From Candidatus Zixiibacteriota bacterium (GTDB lineage Bacteria; Zixibacteria; MSB-5A5; WJJR01), in contig JAVHPP010000100.1 in NCBI GenBank assembly GCA_036170655.1, forward strand, positions 1 through 40,174: a stretch of 40,174 bases of DNA. The letters are read 5' to 3'. Positions 38,535 through 40,174 of the stretch are shown one piece after another (position 1 is the first letter of the stretch; each line of letters begins with the position of its first letter). The position numbers were made by a program, and so were the translations under genes. The notes under the pieces are model-generated. The model saw only the letters and a list, made by a program, of their open reading frames with translations, ran no database searches and was not told where the DNA came from.

Positions 38535-39965
38535 TCAAATTGAATCACGGGTGCTCCCCTCGATCTCCTCAGCCACCGACAGAATAATATCTTCTTCGAA
38601 GGGTCGCCCGATGACTTGCGCGCCGATCGGCAGTCCCTCGCCAGAACGTCCGCATGGGACAGAAACCGCAGGCAATCCGGCGAGATTGACCGACGTTGTG
38701 TAAACGTCCATCAGATACATCGCCAGCGGGTCATCGATCTTTTCGCCCAGCATGAATGCGCATGTCGGCGCCGTTGGTGTCAGGAGGCAGTCAACAAGAT
38801 CAAACGCACTGTGGAAATCGGTGGCGATCCTGGCACGGACTTTCTGCGCTGTAGCGTAGAACGCATCGTAGTACCCAGCCGAGAGGACATACGTACCCAG
38901 CAGGATCCGTCTTTTCACCTCGGACCCGAAGCCCTCAGCCCGCGTGCGCGTATACAGAGTGAAGAGATCATCGGCAGATTCAGTCCGGTGGCCATACTTG
39001 ACCCCGTCATAGCGTGCCAGATTCGACGACGCCTCCGCGCTGCAGATGACATAATACGCTCCGACCGCGTAACGCGAGTTGGGAAGCGAAACATCGATTA
39101 CCCGATGTCCCCGTTCCTGGAGAATTCCGACGGCACGCATGATCTTCGAGCGCACCTGCGGGTCGAGTCCATCCCCGAAGTATTCGCGCGGCAGACCGAT
39201 GGTGAGACATTGCGGTACCGGCCGCGCGTTTTCGACATCCATCGAGGTCGAGTCGAGGGGATCGTGTCCGCGAATGACCTCGAATATCAGTCGCGTGTCC
39301 GCGACTGTCCGCGCCAGAACACCGATCTGATCAAGCGACGAGGCGAAGGCGACTAATCCCCGGCGCGAGACCGCGCCATAGGTCGGTTTCAGACCCACAA
39401 CACCGCAGAAAGCTGCCGGGAGACGGACTGAGCCGCCGGTGTCAGAGCCCAAAGCCGCTGCCGCCTGAAAGTCTGCCACCGCAACCGCTGAGCCGCCGGA
39501 TGACCCGCCCGGAACACGCGTTGGGTCATGAGGGTTCTTTACTGGCCCGAAGTATGAGTTCTCGTTCGAAGACCCCATGGCGAATTCATCGCAGTTGGCC
39601 TTCCCCACGATGACAGCGCCCGCTGACTTGAGCCGTTCGACGACGGTTGCATCGTACGGGGCAATCCAGTTCTCCAGCATCCGTGAGCCACATGTGCAGC
39701 GCATGCCTTTGGCGAGGATATTGTCCTTGATCGCAATCGGCACTCCCGCCAATGCGCCGAGCTTTTCACTATTCTGCCGGGATTGGTCCACTCCCGATGC
39801 GCTCGTCCGAGCTTCGGTCTCCGTGGTGTGGATGAAGGCGTTGAGAGCCGCGCGTGCACGCATTCTCTCCAGATGTGCGCCAACCAGTGACTCCGCGGAA
39901 ATCGAGCCATCACGTACACGTTCGGCCATTGTTCCGAGCGACCAATAGACCGGCGAATCGTTCAT
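38535..39965 (-). CDS. gatA: Asp-tRNA(Asn)/Glu-tRNA(Gln) amidotransferase subunit A
   Basis: IAIKDNI, DEFAMGSS, PGGSSGGSA, GSDTGGS, EASSNLARYDG and GFGSEVKRRI motifs. Confidence 0.97.
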   Translation of the reverse strand: MNDSPVYWSLGTMAERVRDGSISAESLVGAHLERMRARAALNAFIHTTETEARTSASGVDQSRQNSEKLGALAGVPIAIKDNILAKGMRCTCGSRMLENWIAPYDATVVERLKSAGAVIVGKANCDEFAMGSSNENSYFGPVKNPHDPTRVPGGSSGGSAVAVADFQAAAALGSDTGGSVRLPAAFCGVVGLKPTYGAVSRRGLVAFASSLDQIGVLARTVADTRLIFEVIRGHDPLDSTSMDVENARPVPQCLTIGLPREYFGDGLDPQVRSKIMRAVGILQERGHRVIDVSLPNSRYAVGAYYVICSAEASSNLARYDGVKYGHRTESADDLFTLYTRTRAEGFGSEVKRRILLGTYVLSAGYYDAFYATAQKVRARIATDFHSAFDLVDCLLTPTAPTCAFMLGEKIDDPLAMYLMDVYTTSVNLAGLPAVSVPCGRSGEGLPIGAQVIGRPFEEDIILSVAEEIEGSTRDSI

Positions 39966-39970
39966 GTTGG

Positions 39971-39999
39971 AAGATAATCCAAAGATCGGGCGTGAGCAA
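39971..39999 (-). promoter_or_regulatory. Sigma70-type promoter, probably leaderless, for gatA
   Basis: TTGCTC-N17-TATCTT followed by 5 nt and then the ATG; no SD sequence. Confidence 0.55.
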
Positions 40000-40023
40000 T
40001 GGAGACGGCTACCATCCGTGTGT

Positions 40024-40114
40024 GCAGGGGCACGGCTTGCCGTGCCCGTTTCCCGATTCCCGCAACTTATTCCTGCTGCCGCGGAGAGGCGGGCACCGCA
40101 AGCCGCGCCCCTAC
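40024..40114. repeat. GTAG-family REP doublet (REPIN-like), copy 3
   Basis: GCAGGGGCACGGCTTGCCGTGCCC ... GGGCACCGCAAGCCGCGCCCCTAC. Confidence 0.85.
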
Positions 40115-40174
40115 AGAGATTTGATTCCTAATCGAGTGTTCGAATGAACCGATGCGGGTACGGAAACAAAACAC

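Overview
A 40-kb, GC-rich bacterial chromosomal segment with almost all genes on the minus strand. It is probably from the FCB superphylum, most likely Zixibacteria-like, inferred from the dockerin-tailed subtilase and the FlgD/CTD-tailed protease. In transcription order (right to left) the genes are: gatA-gatB-purN-purC-purH-coaBC-udg-manC-tsaC-LMW phosphatase-DUF3108-deoxyhypusine-synthase-like; a hidden retropepsin pseudogene (+); ftcd; metalloprotease-ECF S component-OM beta-barrel-aroH-tyrA; ilvE-type aminotransferase flanked by palindromic MITE-like elements; an MFS transporter; an NtrC-family regulator (+); an S8 protease with dockerin; an NtrC-family regulator lacking GAFTGA; pilM-N-O-[AMIN-linker-PilP]-pilQ; dtd, maf, rodZ, a hypothetical gene and the 5' end of smc. 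The most notable candidate system is a rewired type IV pilus locus. Its AMIN domain sits on a 710-aa non-lipoprotein PilP rather than on PilQ, the adjacent activator has lost its sigma54-contact loop, and a shared sigma28-like promoter motif precedes pilM and both regulators. Other signals are three GTAG-type REP doublets, leaderless sigma70-type promoters and a putative solitary ECF S component/plug-barrel uptake module. All calls come from reading motifs by eye; no database searches were run.
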